Shown here one piece after another: positions 33,929 to 44,811 of a stretch of DNA of 64,000 nt. Under the pieces are notes generated by a model, which worked only from the letters and a program-made list of their open reading frames with translations, was not told where the DNA came from and did not search any database. Position 1 is the first letter of the stretch. Every line of letters starts with the position of its first letter. The translations under genes were made by a program, and so were the position numbers. This DNA is from Rebecca billardiae RCC1528 (taxonomy: Eukaryota > Protista > Haptophyta): NCBI GenBank assembly GCA_965240325.2, contig OZ251235.1:496001-560000 (forward strand), written 5' to 3'.

Positions 33929-36900
33929 TGACAAGGAGCTCGGCCTGTGGGCCGCCCGCTTGGGCACGACGAACAAGACTTTGCTGACTCGCACTTGGCG
34001 CGCCACCGCTGGCATGCCGGAGGCGACGATGGCGCGCGCGCCGCTGGACACGCTGTCCGGCGCGCACATGAAACGACGGCCCTTTAACCGGCCCATGCCC
34101 CGCGCGACGCACCCGCGCGAGGTGACGCACATGGACGTGGTGTCCGTGTCGAAGATTGACTTGCCGATCGGCGAGGCCGGGATCCCGGTCGGCATGAAGT
34201 ACGCGCTGGTGTGTGTAGATGACTACTCGCGCCGGATGAGCGTCTACTTCTGCAAGTTGAAGTCGCAGATACCTGACCTGATCGCGATGTATTTTCGCGA
34301 GATGGGAGCGCACGAGCTGTACGGCTCGCACATCGAGCTTGGACCTGGGTTCAAGCGATTCCACATCCACACCGACGGCGGCACCGAGCTGAACTCGGAG
34401 CGCGTGTCCGAGCTGCTGCTGCAGCTTGGCCTCGCCGCCAACGTGACGAGCGCGCCCGACACTCCCTCCTCGAATGGGGTGGCGGAGCACGCGATCCAGA
34501 CTCTGGTGCGCGACACGATTGCGCGCCTTGCGATGACGGGCATGCCTGCCCAGCATTGGCACTATGCGATGCGCCACGCGTGCGCGAGCAGAAACCGCTT
34601 GGCGTCCAGGCGAATCATGCGCGACGGCGCGCTGATGTTCGTGACGCCCTACGAGCTTTTTTTTGGCAAGCCGCCGGACATGCGTCACGTGATCGTGTTC
34701 GGCGCCCCGTGCCGTGTGGTCCTGCAGGGACTCGAGAAGCAGCGGCGGGGCAAGCTGGGCATGCCGACGGTGCGTGGCCGCGTCCTCGGTCACGGCATCG
34801 ACGGCTCCCAGATCGACAAGACGTTCCGGCTGCTGCTGGGGTACGTCGTGCTGCTCGATGACGGGCGGGTGATTCACTCCAAGCACGTGTACATTGATGA
34901 GCGGTCGCTGGTCGAGGGGGGGCACACTCCGTTCGCGACCAGCTATGACGGTGCCGAGCCCGAGGGAGACGCCGCTGACGGCGAGCTCACCGGCGAGGGC
35001 GACGAGCATTTTGAGATTGAGGACGGTGCTGCCGATGACGGCGGCGCTGCTGCTCATGACGACGGGGGCGCGGCGAGCGAAGCTGCGCAACCGAGCGCCG
35101 ACGACGATGACGCCGGAGGCGATGACGACGCACGAGCTGGTGAGTCCGCGGCGCCCGAGCTGCCGCGCGACTACGACCCGATGCGACGAGACCGAGCGAG
35201 GCGGAGCAGACCCGCCGCGCAGACGGTGCAGGCTGTGACCGAGGCAGCGTTCCAGGCCGCGGGCGAGGAACCTACCGAGGAGAACAGCTTCGAGGCATTC
35301 GCTGCGACGACAATCGCGCGGATGAATGGTGTGCCGATCACCATCCCCACGACGTGGGACGAGGCGATGAAGTCGCCCGAGGCCAAGCTCTGGATGCAGG
35401 CCTGCCACGACCACCTCGACGCGCACGGCGTGAGACACACGTTCTTCGAGGTGATTGTGCCGGACAACACGCGGACGATTCCTGTCAAGTGGGTGTTCGA
35501 CGTGAAGACGCTTCCCGATGGCGAAGTGATCAAGTTCAAGGCGCGGCTGGTAACCCAGGGGTTCCGCCAGCGCGAGGGCATCGACTTCAATGAGGTGTTC
35601 GCCCCGACGATACGACCAGAACAGCTGCGGCTGATGCTCGCGATCGCGCTCAAGGCCAAAGGCGTCTCGATGACGGACGCGGCGAGCGCCAAGATCGTGG
35701 AGATGCGACCCGCCGACGTGCGGCACGCATACCTGAACAGCGACCTGCCGGAGGGCGAGGAGGTGATGACACCGCTCCCGCCTGGCTACACCCCGAAGAG
35801 CTCGACGCCGCTCGGCTCGAAGGTGGTCGCGAAGTTTGTGAAGGCGCTCCCTGGCATGCGCCAGGCTGGGCGCGTGTGGTACCTACACTTGCGTAAGTGT
35901 TTGCTCGAACATGGGTTCGAGCCGTGCCCGAGCGCGCCGTGCATCTACTCGAAGGCAGTCGATGGCGGCTACGTGTTCGTCGGACACTTTGTCGACGACC
36001 TGCTGATGATGAACATCTCGAAGGACAAGTCCGCGTTGGACGCGCTGATGACGGCGTTGTTGACGCACTACGAGATGCAGGGCGCGGACTGCTTGAGCAA
36101 GTTCCTTGGCGCCGAATTTGAGACCACGGTGGACGGACTTTTTACCCACCTGAACCAGTACATCGGTGATGTGTGCGAGCGCTTCCACCTGAGTGGAGAG
36201 CGCCACCCACCGACCCCCGAGTGCAGCGAGACGCGCGAGATCCCCCGCCCGCTGCAAGCCCTCCTGCTGCGCGCTGACCGCCAGCACTACCAGGAGATGA
36301 CCGGTGCCCTCATGTACTGCATGACGACGTGTCGCCCCGATATCGCACACGCCGTGAACATGCTGGCACGCCGGATGTCCAATCCCCGGCTCTACGACTT
36401 GACCGCCGCGAAGCGCACGCTCCGATACTTGCTCGGCACGCGTCGGCGCGGCATCCTGTTCCGGCACGCGACGCACGCACAACACCCTGATTTGGTGGCG
36501 TACGCGGACTCGGACTGGGCGAACGATCGTGAAGATCGACGTTCTACGACGGGATACCTTGTTATGTACAACGGGGTCCCGATCTCGTGGCACAGCGGAC
36601 TGCAGAGCGTGGTCGCGTTGTCTACGTGCGAGGCGGAGTACATCGCGCTGAGCGAGTGCTGCCGCGAGGTGATCTACCTGCGCGACCTGGTCACGTTTTT
36701 GAACGAGCCAGTCGTGGAGCCCACGACGGTGATCTACGAGGATAACCAGGGCACGATCGATTTGACGAACAACCCGGTGCACCACAAGCGCACCAAGCAC
36801 ATTGACGTGAAGTACCATTTCACGCGGCGCGCGCAAGCCGACGGCGCCGTGCTGATCCAGAAGGTGCCGACCGACGACAACCGGTCCGACATCATGACCA

Positions 36901-36983
36901 AGGCTACCGCGACGAGTACTTTTCTCAAGCACGTCGTGGCGATACTTCATGCTGTTCCACCACCTCCGCCGCCTTCGGCATGA
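33861..36983 (+). CDS. Element-2 integrase-RT-RNase H ORF (-1 frame relative to gag-PR)
   Basis: THMDV, VDDYSR, HTDGGTE, SNGVAE, FKARLVTQGF, FVDD, YADSDWA, STCEAEY, EDNQG, SDIMTK. Confidence 0.95.
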   Translation, partial: GKRVGPERAAAERAAAGRARTPGDKELGLWAARLGTTNKTLLTRTWRATAGMPEATMARAPLDTLSGAHMKRRPFNRPMPRATHPREVTHMDVVSVSKIDLPIGEAGIPVGMKYALVCVDDYSRRMSVYFCKLKSQIPDLIAMYFREMGAHELYGSHIELGPGFKRFHIHTDGGTELNSERVSELLLQLGLAANVTSAPDTPSSNGVAEHAIQTLVRDTIARLAMTGMPAQHWHYAMRHACASRNRLASRRIMRDGALMFVTPYELFFGKPPDMRHVIVFGAPCRVVLQGLEKQRRGKLGMPTVRGRVLGHGIDGSQIDKTFRLLLGYVVLLDDGRVIHSKHVYIDERSLVEGGHTPFATSYDGAEPEGDAADGELTGEGDEHFEIEDGAADDGGAAAHDDGGAASEAAQPSADDDDAGGDDDARAGESAAPELPRDYDPMRRDRARRSRPAAQTVQAVTEAAFQAAGEEPTEENSFEAFAATTIARMNGVPITIPTTWDEAMKSPEAKLWMQACHDHLDAHGVRHTFFEVIVPDNTRTIPVKWVFDVKTLPDGEVIKFKARLVTQGFRQREGIDFNEVFAPTIRPEQLRLMLAIALKAKGVSMTDAASAKIVEMRPADVRHAYLNSDLPEGEEVMTPLPPGYTPKSSTPLGSKVVAKFVKALPGMRQAGRVWYLHLRKCLLEHGFEPCPSAPCIYSKAVDGGYVFVGHFVDDLLMMNISKDKSALDALMTALLTHYEMQGADCLSKFLGAEFETTVDGLFTHLNQYIGDVCERFHLSGERHPPTPECSETREIPRPLQALLLRADRQHYQEMTGALMYCMTTCRPDIAHAVNMLARRMSNPRLYDLTAAKRTLRYLLGTRRRGILFRHATHAQHPDLVAYADSDWANDREDRRSTTGYLVMYNGVPISWHSGLQSVVALSTCEAEYIALSECCREVIYLRDLVTFLNEPVVEPTTVIYEDNQGTIDLTNNPVHHKRTKHIDVKYHFTRRAQADGAVLIQKVPTDDNRSDIMTKATATSTFLKHVVAILHAVPPPPPPSA

Positions 36984-37451
36984 TGTCGAGGGGGGGTGTT
37001 GTATTAATCCCGAATTTCCTCCGTGCACGATTTCTTTTCCTTTCCAGGCGCTTGGATCCAACCGCCAGGAGAGGTCGAGTCCCAGGTACTACTCGCTGTC
37101 GTACCTGCCCTCCCTGAACCGGCGCGAGCGCGCTCGGCCCCTAATCCTATTGCTTTCGCCGCTGCCCGCAGGCGAACGCAAGCCGCCGGTTACGTATATA
37201 CGTTTTCCCCCGGCGCTATTGGTCTAACGACCGGCCAATCAGTTTACTGGTGGCCGCCGTTTGCCCTTGACATTGACTTGTGACCCGTGTGGGACGACTC
37301 CCGCACCGCCCGCTCGTCCGCACGGACGGCGCTGCTGACGACGTCCGCAGGGACACTGTGATAAGCCCCTGCGTGACCGGGGAACTGGTAAGGCGGAATA
37401 AACATCAGTTAGCGCGTCGTCGCGCCCGTCAGTCATCATCACGAGTAGTTA

Positions 37452-37805
37452 TGGCCCGCGGTGCAGGGCGGAGCGCGCAGCGTGGAGCCCGCACCAGCGG
37501 GCCCGAACCACGTTTCAAAAAGATCTTTGATCAAAGAAAAAAGGGACGGGCCGGGCCGGACGATTTTCAGGGCTGGAGGAGACCGAGTTTCGAATTTTGA
37601 GACTCCCTTACAGGTGCATCCTCGTCGAAAAAGGTCGCGCCCGGCTCTTTTGTATTCAGAGGAATCAACGAAACCCGCGCCCAAGTGTGCCAGGCAGGGT
37701 AATTGTGGGTAGACTCTCGTTCATGTGTGACCATAGTAAAATAAATATGGCCTCGCCGGCCGCCGCCGCAACGACTCTCATCGTATTTATCTTCACCGCG
37801 GGCCA
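37452..37805. mobile_element. Putative MITE flanked by TA
   Basis: TTATGGCCCGCGGTG (37449-37463) and its reverse complement CACCGCGGGCCATAA (37794-37808). Confidence 0.55.
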
Positions 37806-37905
37806 TAATGTATCGTACCCGCGTATGCCGAAAGCTGGGATTGCAGAGGAAGCGGGTCGCGTGTGACCGGACTCTTTACCACTCGTTACCTGATCGTCGC
37901 CATCT

Positions 37906-38015
37906 GACAAATGGTATTCATCAAGGAGCCATCAGGAGAACGAATCCACCGCTTCGTGACGACAAATGGTATTCATCAATGAGCCATCAGGAGAATGAAT
38001 CCACCGCGTCGTAAC
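37906..38015. repeat. ~55-bp tandem duplication
   Basis: GACAAATGGTATTCATCAAnGAGCCATCAGGAGAAyGAATCCACCGC occurs twice. Confidence 0.85.
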
Positions 38016-38147
38016 CTACTGATCAGAGAGCTACCCGGCACGCAAGGCACTAGTTCTTGATCAGAGAGCTACAACAGGCACGTGCCGAGGTGAAAGAGGT
38101 CGTCAACTGCGGAGCCTGTCCAAGGGAGTGCCTTGCGACGCACATCG

Positions 38148-38534
38148 ATGGGCGACACAGACCAGGACTGCGCTCTCCGCGTGTTGAACATGCTGCGCGA
38201 CTCAGGGGCAGTGACGACGAAAGGGGGCAATAACACGCTCTCGAGCATTGCTGCTGCCATCTCAGTCGTGAGGCGCAAGCATGACGTGGGCTCTGCGGCG
38301 GTGAAGTACTGCGTGCCGCGCCGATCGATCTACAACATCCTTGGCAAGGTCCGCACCGTGCTGGAGGACGATGGCTCACTCGGCAGGGGGAGCGCGGCGC
38401 GGCTGATCACCGACTTCACCACGCGCCCCGCAGGCCAGCCCCCTCCCTCCTCCTCACCCGGCCCAGCAGCCGGCAGCCGCTTCGAGGCCCTTGCCCGGCA
38501 AGCTCGGGGGCAGCGGCGCATGATGCCGGACTGA
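38148..38534 (+). CDS. Small HTH_psq-like protein, probably a pogo/Fot1 transposase remnant
   Basis: AAAISVVRRKHDVGSAAVKYCVPRRSIYNIL fits the pipsqueak HTH pattern; no DDE domain follows. Confidence 0.5.
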   Translation: MGDTDQDCALRVLNMLRDSGAVTTKGGNNTLSSIAAAISVVRRKHDVGSAAVKYCVPRRSIYNILGKVRTVLEDDGSLGRGSAARLITDFTTRPAGQPPPSSSPGPAAGSRFEALARQARGQRRMMPD

Positions 38535-39388
38535 TCGATCTCTGAGTCTCCGACTTCACCACACGCCCCCCTTGCCATGCCTCTCCGCCAGGGTCTCCCA
38601 GAACTCTTCTTCAGAGCAGGCGCAAGTCGAACTGGCCGCGGCCCCGGCGCCGTCGGCTCCCCGTGGCTGTCAGCTCCGCGTGGCCTGGGCGCCTGGCGTG
38701 CCCAGAGCTGGCCGTGCCTCTGCGACGCGTGCCGAGCCTGACCGAGGTGTGTCACCCCGTGCACGCGCGGCGCGCGCAAGCACCGGTGCTGCATGGCTGC
38801 TCGCACCGTGCTCCCTGGCTCGGTCAGTCAGCTCAGGCCGCGTGTCGCCTGGTGTGCACGTAGAGTCGCGCTCATGCGTCGCTCACGCCTCGCGCCCGCC
38901 TGTCGGCCGTCGCGCAGGCGCGCAGGTCGAACCCTACTGACCTGCAGATCATCTACTCCTGCGCTGCTGGCGTCGCGGCGACGACGGTCAGCGGCAGGCC
39001 CGAACGAACGGTCGAATGCGCGGTCCCGCACCGTCGGCTCCCTGGCTGTCAGTCAGCTCCGCCGGTGGCCTGGCGTGCAAGAGTCGCGCTCGTGCGTCGA
39101 TCACGCCGAGTCGCATCCGCCTGTCGGCCGTCGCGCACGCGCAGGGGGTCAGGTAAGGGCCGTCTGTGATGAGGGCAGCTCGGCCGACGACCGACATCCA
39201 CACTCGGCGCACGCCAGCCGCCGACGCGCCCGCGCCCGGCCGGCCGGCCGGGCCGGCGGCGGCGCGGCGCTGGGCGGCGCGCCGCTGGATGGAGTCTAGT
39301 TACGTACGGGACGACTGCGACGGAGGGTGCACCGCCACCGCGGGCCCCGAACTACGTTCGTTCTACGGAAAAGGACCGCGGAACGCGG

Positions 39389-39390
<2 letters not shown>

Positions 39391-39458
<68 letters not shown>
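39391..39458. repeat. (TA)n microsatellite
   Basis: Read directly. Confidence 0.97.
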
Positions 39459-39462
<4 letters not shown>

Positions 39463-39647
39463 CATTATTTATACACTGGGCAGTGGGCTGTAAATTGTGA
39501 TGACGTGGATGGAGATTCGGAGTGACGGCTCTGCCGATACACCGCATCCACTACTACTAGTACTAGCTACAGCACTACAATGATACCAGTACTGGGTATA
39601 GCGGACAGAGGTATCAGACCTGTAGAGTACGTAGCAGCTAGTCGCAT

Positions 39648-41898
39648 TCAGAATTCACCCCCGTCGAGCGCAAGCTCGAGCGAGCTGTCAGCAAACGGCT
39701 CCACGAGGCCGTCGTTGATTGCCGACTGCTGGTCGACGCCCTTATCGCTCGCGCGGCTCATGCGCTCGATCCTCTCGAGCCCCGCCTGCGCCGACTTGAG
39801 CGTGTCGCTGATGCTGAGCGCGTGGTGGTAGTGCGAGAGCGCCTGCGTGAAGTTGTGGCTCAGCGCGTGCAGGTCGCCCAGCTTCGAGTGGATGGCCTGC
39901 GCCGAGGGGGTGGGGCGTGCGGCCGCGCGGCGCGTGGCGCGGCGCGCGCGCACGAGGGGTAGTGCGCGGCTTTCGGTCAGAACGCCCGCGTGCCGCCGGC
40001 CGGGCAGGCGGAAGTGCCGCCGAACACGCGCGCCCGGGCGGCGCGCTCGCGCGGGGGCGCGGGCGGCCCCTGTTGGCGTGCGCGCGCCGTACCGCTGGCT
40101 CGTGGTGCGTCTGCAGCAGCGGCTCGAGGCAGCTGATCGCGTTTGTGAACTTGCGCTCGCTCGTGTGCACGCGCACCATCGCCAGCACCGTCTCGTAGCA
40201 CGTCGGGTCGAGCTGGTGCGCCTTGGCCAGCGCCTGCGCGCCGCGCGGTGCCGCGTGTCGGGTGAGCCGGGGTGTGCGCGCGGTCCGCGGACTGTCCTGG
40301 TGCGTTCAGGCGCCCATACACCCGCCTGCTCGGCTCGAAGCCGTGCGGGCTCGGGGCGGGCTCGCGGCGGGCTCGCCCCCCCCCCCCCGCGCGCGCGCAC
40401 GCGCCATCCCGAGGCGCCCCTCGCGCCCGCACGCACCCGCTTGCTCCGCTCGAAGCCGTCCGGACTGGCGGCGTGCACCAGCCCGACCAGCGTGTGCGCG
40501 CGCGCGGAGGTGGGCATCAGGTTGACGGCCTCCTTGGCGGCCGCGAGGGCCTCGCGCAGCTGCTCGGCGCCGATCAGCGCCTCGACGATGCCGCGGTACG
40601 CGCCCTGGTCCGCGCGGATCTGTATCGCTCGCCTGAACGCCGCCACCGCCGCGTCGGGCCGTCTGAGCTCGATGTGGAGCCAGCCCTGGGCGATGTGCGC
40701 GCGCGCGTGCCGCGTGTCGAGCGCGGCCGCGCGCTCGGCGCACTCCAGGGCGCGCATGCGCTGGTTGCGCTCAGCCCTGCGTGCGCCGAGGCGGGAGGGA
40801 GGGGCCGATGGCAGCGTCGTGAGCGCTGGGCGCGCCCCGCCCACGCGCCGCGCCGCGCCGCGCCTCCGACCCGCCCTCCCCGCGCCGCGTGCGCACGCGT
40901 GCACACGCGCGGGGCGCGCGCCGCAGCGCAGCGCGCGCCGCAGCGCACCAGTAGTGGGACACACACAGCCACGGCTCAGGCCGAGAGCGATCGGTGGCGA
41001 GCGCCTCGTGGCAGAGGCGGTTGAGCTCGGTGGTGCGCCCGCGCTCGCGGAGGCAGAGCGCGTACGCGTCGGCGAGCTCGAGGCACGCCGGGTCCGCCGT
41101 GCGCGCGCGGTGGAACGAGCTGATCGCCTCGTCCTTGCGGCGCAAGTTGACCGCCGCCATCGCGTGCTGCGTGTGCACGTGGCACGACTTGTCAAACAGC
41201 GTGCCGAGCGAGGTGAACGCGGCGTACGCGGCGTGCGCGTCGTGCGCGGCGGCGGCGGCGTGCGCGGTGACGAGCTGGCGGATCCACACCTCGGCCTGCA
41301 GAGCCGGCTGCAGCGCCAAGATCTCGCGCGCGCTCACGCCGAGCCGCGCGAGCGCTATCGCCGCCTCCAGCGCCATCGGACACGCGCGGAGCACCTCGCG
41401 GAAGCACGCGATTGCGGGCTTGTGCTGCCCGGCGCGCGAGTAGAGCTGTGCGAGGAGCAGGTTGGCGCTCGTCGCGCGCGAGCGCGCGTGTATACTCTCG
41501 AGCACCGACGTCGCTTGGCGCGTCTCCGAGAGCGCCACGTAGCAGCGCGCGAGGCGCACCTTGATCTCGCACTCGCCGGGGGGGCGGAACGTCTGCGGCG
41601 GCAGGGCGGCTTGGCCGGCTGCGGCGGGGCTGCGGCGGGGTCTGCCAGGACCGCCTGCAACGCCGCCCCCCGGCGTGCCGGGCAGGGCCTCGCCGAACCG
41701 ATTGCTCTGCAGCGCGTCACGGTAGAGCACGAGCGCGCGGCGGTGCTCGCCGAGCGCAACAAGCGCGTCCGCGCTCATGACGAGCATGTCCGTCGAGCCG
41801 CCGTCCGTCGACGAGCGATACAGGTCGCCAAGCAGCGCGACGGACGAGTACATCCCCTGCTCGAGGAGCAGCCGCATCGCCGAGGGAATGTCGGCCAT
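39648..41898 (-). CDS. APC7: Anaphase-promoting complex subunit 7 (TPR; introns 40777-40948, 40234-40436, 39897-40092)
   Basis: EIKVRLARCY, VLESIHARSR, LLAQLY, FREVLRACPMALEAA, RPEPW and multiple TPRs; three frame-restoring GT-AG introns. Confidence 0.85.
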
Positions 41899-42108
41899 CG
41901 CGTCGAGAGCCGATGACGCTGACCGGCCGGCGGCGGCCGCAAAGAATGATGGCGGCCTGTTCGAGCGGACCAAACAGACCGGGAACAGAAGCCGGTCATC
42001 AAGCAGCAGCGCAGCGGAATTTATGGACGAGACGGAAATGATGACGGAATGGTCGCAAGCACCAAACTTGTGCTTTCACCGCGCACGTCTCGAGCACCGG
42101 GCATCAGG

Positions 42109-42567
42109 ATGGCGACTCGCGCTCGCCGCTGCAGCAGTGGATTGATCGCGCCTGTGCGCCGTTGGCTATCGTCCGGTGCGCGCGGTGGGGACGGCGGGGA
42201 CCCATCGCCGCCCGACTTTGCGGCGCTCATGAACGAGCTCAGCGCAAAGTCCGCCGCCGCTGTGCAGCCGAAGCCGGAGCTGCCCACCTCGACACGGAGG
42301 CCTGCGTCGGAGCCGACCGCGCAAGGACGGCTGACCGAGATGCAGCTGCAGCAGCTCCTCGTAGTGCACCGCGACACGCGTGGAGATCAAACGGCAGTGG
42401 CCGAGCTCGCAGCCTCTTTCGGCGCTAGTGCTGACGACGAGTCTCTCATGCACGCCCTCAGTCATCTCGACGCACCAGTGATTGGCGTTGACTTGGCGGG
42501 CAACAAGGTGGGGGTGCGCGCAGCCGAGTCCCTGGACGAGTTCGGGCTCCCGCGGCCTGCCGAATGA
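42109..42567 (+). CDS. Small putative mitochondrial protein (weak resemblance to the NDUFAF4 C-terminus)
   Basis: Presequence-like MATRARR...RRWLSS; GRLTEMQLQQLL...ELAASFG. Confidence 0.4.
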   Translation: MATRARRCSSGLIAPVRRWLSSGARGGDGGDPSPPDFAALMNELSAKSAAAVQPKPELPTSTRRPASEPTAQGRLTEMQLQQLLVVHRDTRGDQTAVAELAASFGASADDESLMHALSHLDAPVIGVDLAGNKVGVRAAESLDEFGLPRPAE

Positions 42568-43040
42568 GTGGCTCTGCAAATCATGCGCGTGCCCAGGCTC
42601 TGTCCCCTACAGTCGGCGTGCGATGCCGTCACCACAATCCCCGGTGCCCTGCTCGGCCTCGGCTTCGGGCCTCGGGGGCTCTGGCAGACCCTGGCAGGAA
42701 CCCCACTGGGGCGGGCGGTCGCCCGAGCGTGCGTAGCTGACCGTGGGCGCAGCAGTGGCTGCCAGTTGGTGAATCGGACCCTTTCGCAGGGTGCGGCCTG
42801 ACGACTTGCCGGGCTCGTGCTTACGTCGTCCGTCAAATGAGTCGTCACAGCACCATTGATGATGATACTACTCAGTGATAGTAACCTGTTCGGGCTGGCG
42901 CTGACCTTGCGGACTCTGGCTCTGCGTCTGACTTCGGACGATGCCCTGGACAAACCGCCATGACATGATGCGTCTCTTTGACTGAACATTATAATGAACG
43001 TGTCACGCCTAGATAGCTAGTCACTAAGCTTAGCTACTGT

Positions 43041-43084
43041 AATCACGCCTTAACCAAGTGTGCACGTTAAAACATAGTAAACTG
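43041..43084 (-). mobile_element. Solo left end of the CAGTTTACTA MITE family
   Basis: AATCACGCCTTAACCAAGTGTGCACGTTAAAACATAGTAAACTG has one mismatch to 5398-5441. Confidence 0.8.
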
Positions 43085-43343
43085 TAGTCCCGATCACGGT
43101 CGGGCGACTACCAGGATGCATGCAGCCCGACTCTACAGCATCTATAGAGTATAGTACTGCGGGCGTCTGCGGCTTGATGCGCCGACATTTACCCGCGGCG
43201 CTGCCGTCTCCAAGACCAAGCCGACTGGCTCGGTCTCGGACCGCGGTCCGTGATCAGACTCAGAGGCGGCTCACAATATATTTTTTATAAGCAGTCGTCA
43301 TCAGAGTCATCAGTATAGCTCATCCTAGCTTATTAATAGAGTA

Positions 43344-43344
<1 letters not shown>

Positions 43345-43407
<63 letters not shown>
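43345..43407. repeat. (TG)n microsatellite
   Basis: Read directly. Confidence 0.97.
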
Positions 43408-43409
<2 letters not shown>

Positions 43410-44811
43410 ATATATTAATATGTGTCCTTGACCTTGCGTAAGTAACCAATGCCTGGATGCGGCAGGCGCATACTTATATGATGCAGACACTCCTTGTTGG
43501 GATTTTCTCGTCGTCGTAGAACATGTTGCAGCCCACAGCAGGCTGCCGTGGGGCACAGCAGGCAGCGAGCAGAAGCAGGCGAGTGCGCGAGATGGATATC
43601 GCGCCACGCCGTAAGATCTCCGTAAGCCATAAGAGCGCAAAAGGCGGAGATAGGGGAGGCGGGACGAGCGCGTTGGCACGAAAGCGGCTGCGAAACAGGC
43701 GGCACACGGCTGAAAGCAGCGCAGCTGAAAATCGAGCTCGGCTGGCTCGCCAAGCAGCCGGTGCGGCTGAAAAGCCGAGATCGAATCTGACGAGGCGGTA
43801 GCTTCGGCGAGCCTCTTTGGCGAGCGGATACTGCAGCTTCGTCGCCTGGCTGCAGCAGATGAGTAGACGAAAGCCAATCGATGAGCTGGAATATTGCTGG
43901 ACGACGACCGCCGAGTTTGTAGTCATTGATGAATCAAAGCTGATGCTTGTATGATGCTTGATGGCGGAGATGGTGAGCGCTCGTGGTGACTGCTCCGTTG
44001 TCAGCATGATGGCGGCCGGATTATTTGTATCCGCCATGATGCTGTATGCGCGAACAGGTATAGCGCTTCACCAGCAGTGGGCCAGCTCGGCTGGAGGCGT
44101 AGGGTACCGAGGCAAGCGGCTGCAGCAAGCGCGTTCGAGGGTGCGTTATTGACCTCGATGAGAGCCAACTGGTTCGCCCTGTACCGGTACGACGCTAGCG
44201 GGCAAAGTCGATCGGCGGCGGGTGGTATGGCCACGTACTTCTCGCCAGCGGACACAATCGATTATTGTGCCAATAACACCACATATATATACGACGACTT
44301 CATAGGTTTGGTCGCGCCCAGTGACAGTCCGAAGGCGAAGACTGTCACTTGACTCAGCTACTAAATTACTACTAACTATACTGTCTACTGTCTGTCAGTC
44401 AGTCTAGTGAGACTGACTACTGAGCCTCAGTGGTCTGCGCAGTGCGCTGTCCGACGATGCGACCGATATATGATGCCGGCAGCCGACTGACGCGGCTGCG
44501 ACTCCGACGGCACTCGTCTTGAATAAGTCTGCTCACTACAAGCGCAGTTTCCGACTCTGCGACTAGTCTAATACTAACAATATATACGGTCCGCCCGCGG
44601 CACGGCGGCAATATAATAATGACTCATTCGCCGGCGACGGCCGGTCTGACTCGCCACTCGGTACTCCGTAGTTGACTCTGATACGGCGTACTATAGCATT
44701 ATTAGCTACTGATGCTGCTTATTTTATTTATACAACGACGCTACTTATAGCCTGACCCTATCTGCGAGGATGCGGCGCGGATCGTCTGCTTGCCATGATC
44801 ATCAGTATCAA

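Larger units (their letters stand above)
31283..37407 (+). mobile_element. Ty1/copia LTR retrotransposon 2 (6.1 kb), apparently intact
   Basis: 411-bp TG...CA LTRs (31283-31693, 36997-37407), 5-bp TSD GTTAG on both sides, GAGGGGGGG PPT. Confidence 0.98.

Noticed and set aside
43474-44352. Short ORFs between the 42109 gene and the SDR fusion
   Set aside because: No recognisable domain or convincing exon structure; a small gene cannot be excluded.
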